IMG/VR virus record: IMGVR_UViG_3300044974_000308
Span: 1-59,540 of that record
Length of the DNA stretch: 59,540 nucleotides
Source: a virus
Taxonomy: Duplodnaviria > Caudoviricetes
Reading direction: 5' to 3' (one strand)
The first letter of the stretch is position 1; each line of letters starts with the position of its first letter. The translations under genes were made by a program, and so were the position numbers. Below, one piece after another: positions 51,189 through 59,540 of the stretch. The notes under the pieces were generated by a model, which did not search any database, was not told where the DNA came from, and worked only from the letters and a program-made list of their open reading frames with translations.

Positions 51189-53488
51189 CAGAATTTACCG
51201 TCTCTTTGAATGCGATATCGTGTGGCGCCAATACGCCAGAACGACCCGATGTCGCTGCTTTGCATCTTTATCGACATCAGCCTACCACGGAATCGCGGCG
51301 TGACATATTGCGTCTGATAATTGATATTGAACGGCCCATACGCAATTGGCGTATCAGTCGGATAATCGGCGACATAGAATGTAAGCTGTAAATCGGCGTC
51401 CTGTGTTCCGCCGAAATAACCCCACTTCATGTCAGGCCATACCTGATCGACGAATACTTTGTATTCGCCGTCATCCATAGAGAAATAGCCAGTTTGGAAG
51501 CTGGAAACCATTGCTTGCCCATCGGCATCTGTCGACGTTTCATGCTGATAGATGAAATTCTCGACGTCTGCCGGGATCATCGGGCCGGCGCCAATTGGCG
51601 GCCCAAGAACTGACTGATTTATCCAAGCCGTGCGCGTTAAGGTGCCAAAGTCCCACTGGTTAAGCGCAACATTGTATTTCACATACATTGTCGGCTCGCC
51701 GTTGCCGCTTAGGGTAGGGAAATACCACGCAATTTCACCAAATCGCGAGTTCGCTGCAATGCGAATATTGTCGAGATTAGATTCGTCTAATTCCTGAAAG
51801 ATAACATCCCATATTGGGCATGTAATCATTTCAACGCCGGATCCAGAAAGGCGGTAAAATTGGCTCTGGCCCATCCAATAAACAACGCCGTTCATTGAAG
51901 TTGCGGCTTTTCTGGAGATTAATCCGCAACCATTGCCGATTTCGTTGAACTGATAGACATAGGGAGGGCCGACATATTGCATGGCCCAAATGCCAAGATC
52001 CGTCCAAACCAGACCCTGCTGCGGCCCCTGAATGCAGCCGACAATGCGGGAGCCTTTTGGCAGGCGATAAGAGCCGGCCTGATTGGTGATTGATGCCGCC
52101 CATTGATCGTAATCATTGACGTCGCACCAGCGAATCAAAAGCTGATCCTGAATGCCGTTGAAGGTCGACCCCCATGCGATAATCTGACGCTGCGGCATGG
52201 CGACAAACATGCCATCGTTGACTTCAGGGCCATTAGAGATAATGCCCGACTGAACGGCGCCCGTCGTCGGATCCCAAGTAAATATCGGGCCTCCGACGGG
52301 ACAGGAAACGAGAACCTGACCCCAATTGTCCAGCGTCCAATCTGTGCATTGAATTGGATTGCCTTCGTTCAAGGTCGAAGGAACAACGCCTGTGCCGTAG
52401 CCGCCATCGCCATATGGGTTGATGGCGTAACCAATAGCGGCCGGAAGGTTGCCGGGCAGCTTGTAGAAAAGATATCTGGCATTACCGCTGTTCATAAAAG
52501 CAGCAGTAGTTGAAGTCGCTTCGTTGGCCGCGTTGATCTTGAACTGATTATTCGAGACAAGATCCGTTACGGTGTAATTGCCATAGATTGTCACACCGCC
52601 AAGAGACGTCGATACGACAGCGGTATAGGTATCGCCAATGACGTAGCCGTGGTCGTTAAGCGTGACCGTAACAACAGACTGATTGATCGTGACTGAATAA
52701 TAAGGAACGGCGCCGCCATTCGTGACCGTAGACGTCGCGAGAATATCGTTGCCGCTAACATCTCTGGCGATAACCTGAAAGTTATCGGTTCCATCGACGA
52801 AGATACATTCATACAGCCCAAATAGAACAAGGCCGCCGACGCTAATCGGGGTCTCAATATACACGGTGTCGTAGCTATCAATGTTTGAGCCAATAGCCGT
52901 TAGGGTTACAAACGGGCTACCCAGCTGCGTATCTGCAAGAACGCCAACATTGGAAAGCTGCGACCGCGGCGTGATAATTGCGCGAGAAGCGCCTTCAATG
53001 ACCGAAAGGCCATCGCCGGCGTAAATCGTTCCGGGGGCGCTATTTCCAATGACGCCCGAACTAGAGGTCGTAAAGGTTATTTGCCCCGGAGAAGATGTAG
53101 TAACAGTAAATGTTCCATTGAGCGCGCTATTGCTCAGACCAGTCGTAACAATCGTATCGCCGACAGCATAGCTATTTGAGCCGCTATAAACGATTGTGAC
53201 CGTAGACCCAGATCTCGTCGCAGACGTTATCGACGATGAACGCGACTGCGCTCCAAGCGCAAGATAGTCGACGTTATTCGTATCCTGCCATGCCCAAAGA
53301 GCGCGGACAATTGAACCGACATTGGACGAGAAATACCGCGTCCAGCCGCCCAGCTTCTGAACCAGACCTAGACCCTGCTTGTCAGGGACAAATCGCACAA
53401 GTTGAGAGTAAGAAATCGCCGCTTCGTTAAGAGCGATTGTCCTATTTTCATCAACGCCGGGAAGGAGTTTAAGCGTCGAATGCGGCAT
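51188..53488 (-). CDS. Tail nozzle/tubular protein B-like (DNA stabilisation) protein
   Basis: QKLGGW, W.LDNWG, IRW.D..D...W, N.AG..RL, VYWMG, E..W.FP, R.RGR beta-propeller motifs. Confidence 0.8.
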   Translation of the reverse strand: MPHSTLKLLPGVDENRTIALNEAAISYSQLVRFVPDKQGLGLVQKLGGWTRYFSSNVGSIVRALWAWQDTNNVDYLALGAQSRSSSITSATRSGSTVTIVYSGSNSYAVGDTIVTTGLSNSALNGTFTVTTSSPGQITFTTSSSGVIGNSAPGTIYAGDGLSVIEGASRAIITPRSQLSNVGVLADTQLGSPFVTLTAIGSNIDSYDTVYIETPISVGGLVLFGLYECIFVDGTDNFQVIARDVSGNDILATSTVTNGGAVPYYSVTINQSVVTVTLNDHGYVIGDTYTAVVSTSLGGVTIYGNYTVTDLVSNNQFKINAANEATSTTAAFMNSGNARYLFYKLPGNLPAAIGYAINPYGDGGYGTGVVPSTLNEGNPIQCTDWTLDNWGQVLVSCPVGGPIFTWDPTTGAVQSGIISNGPEVNDGMFVAMPQRQIIAWGSTFNGIQDQLLIRWCDVNDYDQWAASITNQAGSYRLPKGSRIVGCIQGPQQGLVWTDLGIWAMQYVGPPYVYQFNEIGNGCGLISRKAATSMNGVVYWMGQSQFYRLSGSGVEMITCPIWDVIFQELDESNLDNIRIAANSRFGEIAWYFPTLSGNGEPTMYVKYNVALNQWDFGTLTRTAWINQSVLGPPIGAGPMIPADVENFIYQHETSTDADGQAMVSSFQTGYFSMDDGEYKVFVDQVWPDMKWGYFGGTQDADLQLTFYVADYPTDTPIAYGPFNINYQTQYVTPRFRGRLMSIKMQSSDIGSFWRIGATRYRIQRDGKF

Positions 53489-53491
53489 TTA

Positions 53492-54268
53492 TTACCCTCT
53501 CGACGGCGTCGCTGTGGCGGAAGCAGACTGTGATGTCCAGCCTGCAGCTTCGAACTTCTTGCGATTTTCTTCGGACATAGCGCCGCGCAGAAGCGTCTGA
53601 TACTGCGTTTCATATGTGACGGGCATTTGCGGGTCATTACCAGCAGCGCTGGAGAAGTTGCGCTGATAGGCGGCGATATAGATCATGCTCGCCATAATAA
53701 AGAGATCTGGCAAATACAAGCTAATAAACGTCGTCTTATTGCTCAACGACATGCTAACCGGACGGAACGTGCCGACGATCTCGACCGTATAAGTCGCGTC
53801 AGAATAGGGGCCGACAAGGAAGGTATAGTCGTCGAAGACGGCAAAATATTTTGGCTGGCTTACGCTGGAAGAGGCGCCAAATACCGCATCCAGAAATTCC
53901 TTTGTGACGGGCATCAAAGGGACGCGAATGGCGTTATCCGGGTTTGTGGATCCGGCCGGCGTAAGCAAATTGATCTGCTCAGGAACGACAAGAACGCCGC
54001 CGCCGTATGGGGCGCCGGCGGCAAAATTCGTCCCCGCAGGGACGGTTATTGATCTTGTCCCTACAGGAAGGGAGAAACTGGTGTTTGATACGGATGTGAA
54101 GACAAAGTCGAGATCGCGATAGATCCGATTTTCGGCATAGGTGATCATCTGAGGAAGAATGTTCAGAAAATCACTATTTGTCGGCTCGACAACGGCCATT
54201 GTGGAGATCTGGGTGATATAGCTGGTCGTCCCAGAAATAGATCCGTCGTAGCTTAGGCCCGTAGTCAT
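53492..54268 (-). CDS. Head-tail adaptor/tubular protein A-like
   Basis: I..AE.RI.RDL...P.Y.A...GP..D..Y.VE...PDL...AS. Confidence 0.7.
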   Translation of the reverse strand: MTTGLSYDGSISGTTSYITQISTMAVVEPTNSDFLNILPQMITYAENRIYRDLDFVFTSVSNTSFSLPVGTRSITVPAGTNFAAGAPYGGGVLVVPEQINLLTPAGSTNPDNAIRVPLMPVTKEFLDAVFGASSSVSQPKYFAVFDDYTFLVGPYSDATYTVEIVGTFRPVSMSLSNKTTFISLYLPDLFIMASMIYIAAYQRNFSSAAGNDPQMPVTYETQYQTLLRGAMSEENRKKFEAAGWTSQSASATATPSRG

Positions 54269-54318
54269 CGAAAACCCCGTATTTCAGCGGTATATTACCA
54301 TACTTTTCGGGGCGGTTA

Positions 54319-54531
54319 CTACCTTCCGACCCGACAGGCCGCCCTAAGCTTCCCGTAGTCTGTGATCATCTTGGCGACTTGAGCCTCGCTGTGCATTTTG
54401 CGAAGTTCATTAGCGGCCTGTTTTTGTTGCGCAGCGCTGTAATTGATAAGCGGAGGACAACCGCCTCCGCTCGTCGATTGGCATGCCGAAACGCTAAAAG
54501 CGATTATTGTCGAGATCAGCAATCGTCTCAT
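54319..54531 (-). CDS. o-spanin (Rz1-like lipoprotein)
   Basis: Lipobox VSAC; CPPL..YS...Q; overlaps the i-spanin 3' end. Confidence 0.75.
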   Translation of the reverse strand: MRRLLISTIIAFSVSACQSTSGGGCPPLINYSAAQQKQAANELRKMHSEAQVAKMITDYGKLRAACRVGR

Positions 54532-54706
54532 CGGTCGTCTTCGGCTGGGCGATTATTTCCGCCTGATCCTTAGAAATAGAGGCGGCTTTACCCGCCTCTT
54601 TTGCCTTTTCTTCCGCCGCGCCGCCTTCCTTGATCATCTTGAGCGCCAAAGCGCCCAAAGAATACAGGACTGCGCCGATAATTCCGGCGATAACATAGGC
54701 TATCAC
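54494..54706 (-). CDS. i-spanin (Rz-like)
   Basis: N-terminal TM then helical domain; lysis cassette order. Confidence 0.65.
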   Translation of the reverse strand: MIAYVIAGIIGAVLYSLGALALKMIKEGGAAEEKAKEAGKAASISKDQAEIIAQPKTTDETIADLDNNRF

Positions 54707-54906
54707 TGGTGAGTCGTCCCGCCGGTGACGTTGCTATCTTTAGCCGTGCCGCCAATGCCGACGATGGCAAGGACAAATGGCCAAACCTGATCAAACGGCG
54801 GCAGCGGGATCACAGAGGGCCAGAGGCCGGCATAATTTAGGGCATAAGCCACCAGCGGGATGAGGCCGGAGACGGTGGTTTTCCAATTTACGAAAAGATT
54901 TTTCAT
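54703..54906 (-). CDS. Holin
   Basis: NWKTT..G, two hydrophobic segments, AKD.NVTGG; next to endolysin. Confidence 0.7.
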   Translation of the reverse strand: MKNLFVNWKTTVSGLIPLVAYALNYAGLWPSVIPLPPFDQVWPFVLAIVGIGGTAKDSNVTGGTTHQ

Positions 54907-55445
54907 GCTTTTTGCCCCTGCTTTGATTGTTTCAATGCGTCTTGGTAGGAAAGAGCATAGCCAGCAATCAGCTTCGCCCGATCCGTTCCGTTGATGATGC
55001 GGCGAGCGCCGACATAGTCAGGCGTCTTGCCCGGCTTGATGTAATCAGCCAGCTTCTTGCCCGTGAACATCCCAAAAATCATGCCGCGATACGCAATATC
55101 AAGCGCCACAGGCCACGTTAGAGCCGCTGCAGGATTGTTTTGGATGCCGAATTTTACGTAGTTGTATTTCCAAGTTATCTGAATCAATCCGCGGCCGATC
55201 CAGTCAGGGGCATAGCGCTTCGTAGCAAAATAAGCCGGACTTCCCATTTCTTTAATGGGCTGCATGGTGAAGGCCGTTTCATGCGTAACCGTCGCCAGCA
55301 GATACGCCAGTTCGTCATCCGACATCTTCGGCCAATTGCTATCGCGATATGCGATGATTTTGTTGATGCCGTCGACCTGCTTTTGCGTCAGCTTGCCGCC
55401 AAATACGGCCCGACGAATACGGTCAAAGAAATAATCCATATTCAT
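54903..55445 (-). CDS. Endolysin, glycoside hydrolase family 19-like
   Basis: AY.LAT..HET..TM.P..E, GRG.IQ.TW..NY, ARRIING. Confidence 0.85.
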   Translation of the reverse strand: MNMDYFFDRIRRAVFGGKLTQKQVDGINKIIAYRDSNWPKMSDDELAYLLATVTHETAFTMQPIKEMGSPAYFATKRYAPDWIGRGLIQITWKYNYVKFGIQNNPAAALTWPVALDIAYRGMIFGMFTGKKLADYIKPGKTPDYVGARRIINGTDRAKLIAGYALSYQDALKQSKQGQKA

Positions 55446-55696
55446 CGGTCGGCCTTCTTGCTAACGGCGTCCATGATCCTGTCCAACTTGCTAAATACTT
55501 GGCTCATGACGTTGTTAAACTCGTCTCTGGTCACATACTCTCCAGCAACGAGAACCTCAATAGACGCGACCTTATCGGCCAGTTCTTTGTCTATACGGCG
55601 AAGTTCGTTGATCGACATCCAGACGTTGTTTAGCCACCAGCCAAGCATCGCGCTGATAAGGCCAATCAGGACGTTATAAATCGTCTGGTGATCCAT
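55442..55696 (-). CDS. TM + coiled-coil protein (holin/antiholin-like)
   Basis: N-terminal TM; YV.RDEF...KLDRI; upstream of endolysin. Confidence 0.55.
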   Translation of the reverse strand: MDHQTIYNVLIGLISAMLGWWLNNVWMSINELRRIDKELADKVASIEVLVAGEYVTRDEFNNVMSQVFSKLDRIMDAVSKKADR

Positions 55697-55697
55697 T

Positions 55698-56288
55698 TTA
55701 CAGTTCCCTTACAAGCTGGATATTCATCAGGATTGAAGGCGTAGCCGGCAGGGAACCAGCAGCGGCTTCCGCATAAAGCAGCAGATCGATATCTGCTGAA
55801 GACCACGCGATTTCGAGGTAATCGCCAGCGTTCAGAGACTGTATATAACTCACCGAAACAGGCGTTTTTTCTCCTGCAGCAGAAAGCGTCGCGCGACGAT
55901 TTGTTGCCGTCAGGTTCGAGTTATTTTTCATCAACCAGAAATTGACCTGATCGGCGCCGCCGTCATTCTTGTCGACTTCCGCGGTAAAATCGATGCTGTA
56001 GACGCCAGCGTTCGACACGGTGATTTGCGTGTTTGACGCGACAGATATGCCGTAATTGCCAGTCGAATTATTGAACGTCACCTTATTGACCGCGCCGCCA
56101 ACAGGATTGGTCTGGCTCACAGTGCTATAATATGAAGCCCAATAGCCCGGAAACGTCATATCCGGCGCCAGATTGGCGATAGCCTGAGACGTTGTGCGCT
56201 TGCTTTGGCCAGCCTGAACAATTTCCAGTTCTTCGGCGCCTGTAAGTGCTGTCGCCACAGGTAAGTTAGGTATCTGAACGACGGCCAT
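55698..56288 (-). CDS. Short fibre with C1q/TNF-like tip
   Basis: I.NLP.AT.L.G.E...VQ N-terminus; tip domain similar to 2747-3250. Confidence 0.65.
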   Translation of the reverse strand: MAVVQIPNLPVATALTGAEELEIVQAGQSKRTTSQAIANLAPDMTFPGYWASYYSTVSQTNPVGGAVNKVTFNNSTGNYGISVASNTQITVSNAGVYSIDFTAEVDKNDGGADQVNFWLMKNNSNLTATNRRATLSAAGEKTPVSVSYIQSLNAGDYLEIAWSSADIDLLLYAEAAAGSLPATPSILMNIQLVREL

Positions 56289-56911
56289 TATGTATCATCC
56301 TCGCCGGTTACAGGGACAACGACGTTCTCATACGGTAGACCCGGATCGTCATTGCCCGGAGCATTGAAATCAGTGCCGGGAGCAGGATTGAGCCCATTTT
56401 CCGGCTCGCCAGTCTGTTGCGTAACGCGCAGATAGGTTGCAAGAGGAAGTCTTCCAGACGCTTCTTCAAGCAGAATACCAAAAGAACTCATTGCACCTTC
56501 TTGCGCAATAAAGCCGACCTGAAGTTCAAGCATCAGGAAGCCATATTGGAAGATTGGCAGCTGCGTCGGATTTGTCTGGCGGGTATCTCCGCCGATGACC
56601 GGGATGCCGGTCTGAGCGTTTACCGTATTGCCCTGCGTTGTGCGATAGTCGGTCGAGGCCGACACATAATCCTGCACGCGAGGGTTGAGGATAGGCGTCG
56701 GATCTGCCGGCAAGATAATCGCGCGCAGCTGCTGCTGTGGGGTATCTGTGCAGGTATCGCAAACCAGAATGCGCTTGTTGATCAAGCCGGCGCCGGCGTA
56801 GTCAAATTGCCAAGTCAGTCTGTTGTGGTTGTAAAGAAACCCACACCTATCGCATATACCGAAGGCGTTAGGATTTCTCGAACTTACTGTAGCGCGGCCA
56901 TGCGGTCTCAT
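56288..56911 (-). CDS. Conserved neck-module protein with CxxC...CxxC
   Basis: A.G.CDRCGF.Y...L...VC..C.D.PQ.QL...DP....PR. Confidence 0.7.
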   Translation of the reverse strand: MRPHGRATVSSRNPNAFGICDRCGFLYNHNRLTWQFDYAGAGLINKRILVCDTCTDTPQQQLRAIILPADPTPILNPRVQDYVSASTDYRTTQGNTVNAQTGIPVIGGDTRQTNPTQLPIFQYGFLMLELQVGFIAQEGAMSSFGILLEEASGRLPLATYLRVTQQTGEPENGLNPAPGTDFNAPGNDDPGLPYENVVVPVTGEDDT

Positions 56912-57594
56912 CGGAAATAGCCAGACAACTGCGGTGACAAATAAGTATTGGCCGTTTCGATATTCTGAGCCGCGGCAATATCGTAAGACTCATCCGCCAT
57001 TGGCTTCATGATCGCCGCTTTCTCCGGCGCCCAGATCTGCGAAAGCCGGAAGGCCAAGCCATAGACCATCGCCTCAAGCCATATCGGCGGCATGTCCATT
57101 TCCTGCGCGCCGCTTAGATTGGCGTCCTGAATGCGGGAGACATAGGCATACGTCAGGGAGACCTGCGAGCCATCCGGGACAGGCCAAAGCGTAAAGGTCG
57201 GCGTCAGAGTGCGGTCGAACCAGAACGTCGTCGGGAAGCCCTGCTGGGCTTTGTTCGGGTAAGACATATATTCTGTGCGGCTGATCGGAAGAATAATCCG
57301 GTCAATTGCGTTGGGCGCAGTGCCGGTCGTTACAAAGGCGTCCAACATAACGACGGCATTTGCCGGGACAGTGTAAGACGGCGTGCCCTGAACAAGCGGG
57401 ATCGTGACGAACTTAACTTCCCAAAGATTGACGCCCTGATTGCTCCATCGGGTGAACATCATGTTCGTCGCCATGCGGGCGGCGTCAAAATGCTCTTGAA
57501 CGAGACTGGTCGGGCGCAGACCTATCAACTGATAGGCGTAGAGGGTGACTTCACCTAAAGAGGGATTAAAATTATAAGTATTGCTAGTGCTCAT
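56908..57594 (-). CDS. Head-tail adaptor/tail tubular protein
   Basis: W.NQG.NLW, ISR.EY..PNK..G.P..W.DR, LWPVPD, GLA..L. Confidence 0.75.
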   Translation of the reverse strand: MSTSNTYNFNPSLGEVTLYAYQLIGLRPTSLVQEHFDAARMATNMMFTRWSNQGVNLWEVKFVTIPLVQGTPSYTVPANAVVMLDAFVTTGTAPNAIDRIILPISRTEYMSYPNKAQQGFPTTFWFDRTLTPTFTLWPVPDGSQVSLTYAYVSRIQDANLSGAQEMDMPPIWLEAMVYGLAFRLSQIWAPEKAAIMKPMADESYDIAAAQNIETANTYLSPQLSGYFR

Positions 57595-58249
57595 TTTGAA
57601 GATCCTTAAATTTGAACACTAGGCCAAATATTGAGTTTCTTTCTTTTCTACAAACCTTTGAAATGCTTGACTTATGAATCCTATACGCATCGGCTGCATG
57701 AGAAATAGAATTATATTCGATTCCATCATTAATGCATATAACCGATTTTCTATTTGAAAATGCAGACTTTCTCATGTTTTTCGCACGAGTTTCTTGCATT
57801 TTTTCGGTGGGTGGAGGAGCAAGGCACCCTTTCTTCTTTTTACTCATTTCATTTTTTTGGGCATCCGACCAATTACGTCCTAAATTATATTTATTTCCAA
57901 TATGGATTCGACCCATCTTTAACCGACCTTCTGGAGTTACTTTATGACCAGAAGTCCCATCACCACCCATTGTTGAATTATAAGCAGGCGACAAATCCAG
58001 TATTAAAAGTATTTCGGATTCAATAGCCGCCTCTTTTGACTGCTCGTTGAATAATGTTTCTAAAACAAAACTATCTGCACCATATTTATTTATGGCCCTA
58101 TAAAAATGACCATTATTTACCTTTCGGCGCGCATGACGGACATGCTCATTAAATCTTTTGTCAACATTTTTTGAGGTCAAGCCAATATAAAAATCACCAT
58201 TTTGTTTATTGGTGATTTTATAAAGGCTATATTCCCCGCTGGTAGCCAT
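57584..58249 (-). CDS. GIY-YIG homing endonuclease with NUMOD-type C-terminal repeats
   Basis: SLYKITN..NG.FYIG.T...RF..H...YN.T.GG.G; Y.SI..AA......ISKVC; AT-rich. Confidence 0.9.
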   Translation of the reverse strand: MATSGEYSLYKITNKQNGDFYIGLTSKNVDKRFNEHVRHARRKVNNGHFYRAINKYGADSFVLETLFNEQSKEAAIESEILLILDLSPAYNSTMGGDGTSGHKVTPEGRLKMGRIHIGNKYNLGRNWSDAQKNEMSKKKKGCLAPPPTEKMQETRAKNMRKSAFSNRKSVICINDGIEYNSISHAADAYRIHKSSISKVCRKERNSIFGLVFKFKDLQNEH

Positions 58250-58311
58250 GCTTCCCTCATAAGATCAAACGCCGTGAGATTATAACTCACGGCGCTGATA
58301 AAGTCATATGG

Positions 58312-58482
58312 TTACTCTTCGGGGACTTCTTGGGCCGGCGTCGATAAAGCCGCTGCCGCTGCGTCACCCTGCTTTTTAATCTCTGCAATTAAATCTGCGG
58401 ATTCTTCGTAGGGACGTTTTGCAAGAGACTGAAGAACGTAGCCCCATGCCTGAATAGGCAATTCAATTGAGATCTTTTCCAT
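58312..58482 (-). CDS. Small fibre-associated protein (56 aa)
   Basis: Manual ORF MEKISIELPIQAWGYVLQSLAKRPYEESADLIAEIKKQ; RBS GGAG. Confidence 0.6.
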   Translation of the reverse strand: MEKISIELPIQAWGYVLQSLAKRPYEESADLIAEIKKQGDAAAAALSTPAQEVPEE

Positions 58483-58559
58483 TTACCTTCTCCAAGGTGA
58501 GTGTCTGCCCGGTGGAGACAGGCGCGGGCCGGACAGACGAACCTCCCGCGCCAAGCTGG

Positions 58560-58940
58560 TTAATTAGATGGCGCGCTCATGTCGGGAGCCGGCGGCTCAA
58601 CAACCGGCGGCGCACTCCACGGAAGAGGCGGCGAAACCGTAGGCGGATTGATCTGATTAGCGATCTGCTGGTCGAGCGCCGCGACCTGCGCCGCAAGCGT
58701 TTCAGGGCCGAATGCTTCCTCAAGCCAGCCGATGACCTGCGCTTCTGTCAGATCAGCATAGGGCGTGAACGGCGCGTCAGGCGCGAGGGTGACAGCCTGT
58801 GAGCCGTAGATACGGGCGGTATGCCCTTCGCCGTCCGACGCAAGCCGGTCCCAATGGATCACAAAGACAACATCAGTCTTGTCGTCCTGCTGCGGATAAC
58901 AATCCAACTGGTTAATTTTCCATTCGTAAACATTAGCCAT
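58560..58940 (-). CDS. Conserved fibre-associated protein
   Basis: W.I..L...VV..IHW...F.PY.DLTE.QV.GW...P...PLPW; follows the S74 fibre. Confidence 0.7.
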   Translation of the reverse strand: MANVYEWKINQLDCYPQQDDKTDVVFVIHWDRLASDGEGHTARIYGSQAVTLAPDAPFTPYADLTEAQVIGWLEEAFGPETLAAQVAALDQQIANQINPPTVSPPLPWSAPPVVEPPAPDMSAPSN

Positions 58941-59540
58941 TGAGTTGTTCCTCTAGGGCGGTGACTTTTGCGGCGAGTTCTTGGAAAGCCTTAATCAATC
59001 GCGGCGTGATACGTCCGTAATATACTTGCCATATTTCGCCTTTCGTCACTATTTCAGGCGCGCACTCATATGTTTCTTGGGCAACTAGGCCGTAATCAAT
59101 GTGCGAACCATCTAACTTCCAATCAAACTGTCGGATTGGGAGCGTAAGAATTGAGGCAAGCGCGCTGCTTGCTGGCTGAATGTTTTGTTTCAACCTTATA
59201 TCAGATGATTCATTATAAGCTGTTGCTGTAGTTGTAACAGAGATTGATCCAACAGATGTATTTGAACGACGGAAGTTGACTATAATATCATCGGTGTCTC
59301 TATTCCAAACAAAGTATTGTCCAGACGCAATCTTACAGTTGCCCGCACCATTTCCTGATAGGTTCCATCCGACTGTAGTTTCACCTGTTACTGTTTTCCC
59401 AACCAGCAGGTTCCCGCTGCTGTCGATGCGGGCTGCCGGAGTTCCACCGTTAATTTCAAATGAAAGATACGCTCTTGCTCTAATTACTGACTCGGCATCG
59501 GCAAACGCAATAAACCCGTTCTGCGTATTGTTGGCATTAT
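58933..59540 (-). CDS. Tail fibre, 3' part with S74 chaperone domain (continues from 776 across the junction)
   Basis: YNESSDIRLKQNI...FDWK...GLVAQE...V.Y....P.LIKAFQEL. Confidence 0.85.
   Translation of the reverse strand, partial: NANNTQNGFIAFADAESVIRARAYLSFEINGGTPAARIDSSGNLLVGKTVTGETTVGWNLSGNGAGNCKIASGQYFVWNRDTDDIIVNFRRSNTSVGSISVTTTATAYNESSDIRLKQNIQPASSALASILTLPIRQFDWKLDGSHIDYGLVAQETYECAPEIVTKGEIWQVYYGRITPRLIKAFQELAAKVTALEEQLNG

Noticed and set aside
50688-58249. Group I introns or inteins hosting the HNH and GIY-YIG genes
   Set aside because: Flanking genes look intact and the endonuclease ORFs abut them with no room for an intron core
58483-58562. Stop-codon readthrough or -1 frameshift driven by the pseudoknot
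   Set aside because: Readthrough is out of frame with the next ORF, the -1 frame has TAA immediately before its ATG, and there is no slippery heptamer
59414-59540. 127-bp terminal repeat as a biological DTR
   Set aside because: It falls mid-gene and equals a common assembler k-mer length; more likely a circular assembly overlap
1-59540. tRNA genes or an alternative genetic code
   Set aside because: No cloverleaf recognised by eye; all three stop codons end densely packed ORFs under the standard code

Overview
Apparently a complete circular (or circularly permuted) dsDNA tailed-phage genome of about 59,413 bp. Bases 1-127 are repeated exactly at 59414-59540, and a tail-fibre ORF reads through the junction. 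Gene content looks podovirus-like: TerS/TerL, portal, scaffold, major capsid, head-tail adaptors, a nozzle and ejection proteins, with no recognisable tape measure or tail tube. GapR-like and GcrA-like genes point to an alphaproteobacterial host. Layout: a large minus-strand morphogenesis/lysis arm (about 41.9 kb to the end, wrapping to 1-22.3 kb), small minus-strand accessory genes (22.3-27.2 kb), a plus-strand early region (27.2-30.5 kb), and a divergent replication/metabolism module (30.6-41.9 kb: Prim-Pol/helicase, PAPS-reductase-like, RuvC-like, MTase, exonuclease, SSB, 2OG-Fe oxygenase). There are three intact free-standing homing-type endonucleases and one remnant. No integrase or standalone DNA polymerase was recognised. 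Two observations stand out. (1) Two complete type II hammerhead ribozymes in tandem in the early operon bracket an unannotated 50-codon ORF and would excise a 219-nt, potentially circularisable RNA. (2) About 30 copies of a [FYMRK]-x-x-G-G-x-(V/I) motif mark domain boundaries in about nine head/ejection proteins (including ART-like, ParB-like, GP88 and lytic transglycosylase cargo), alongside a small standalone candidate processing protein, suggesting a GG-tagged virion polyprotein system. All calls were made by eye from motifs and synteny; no database searches were run.
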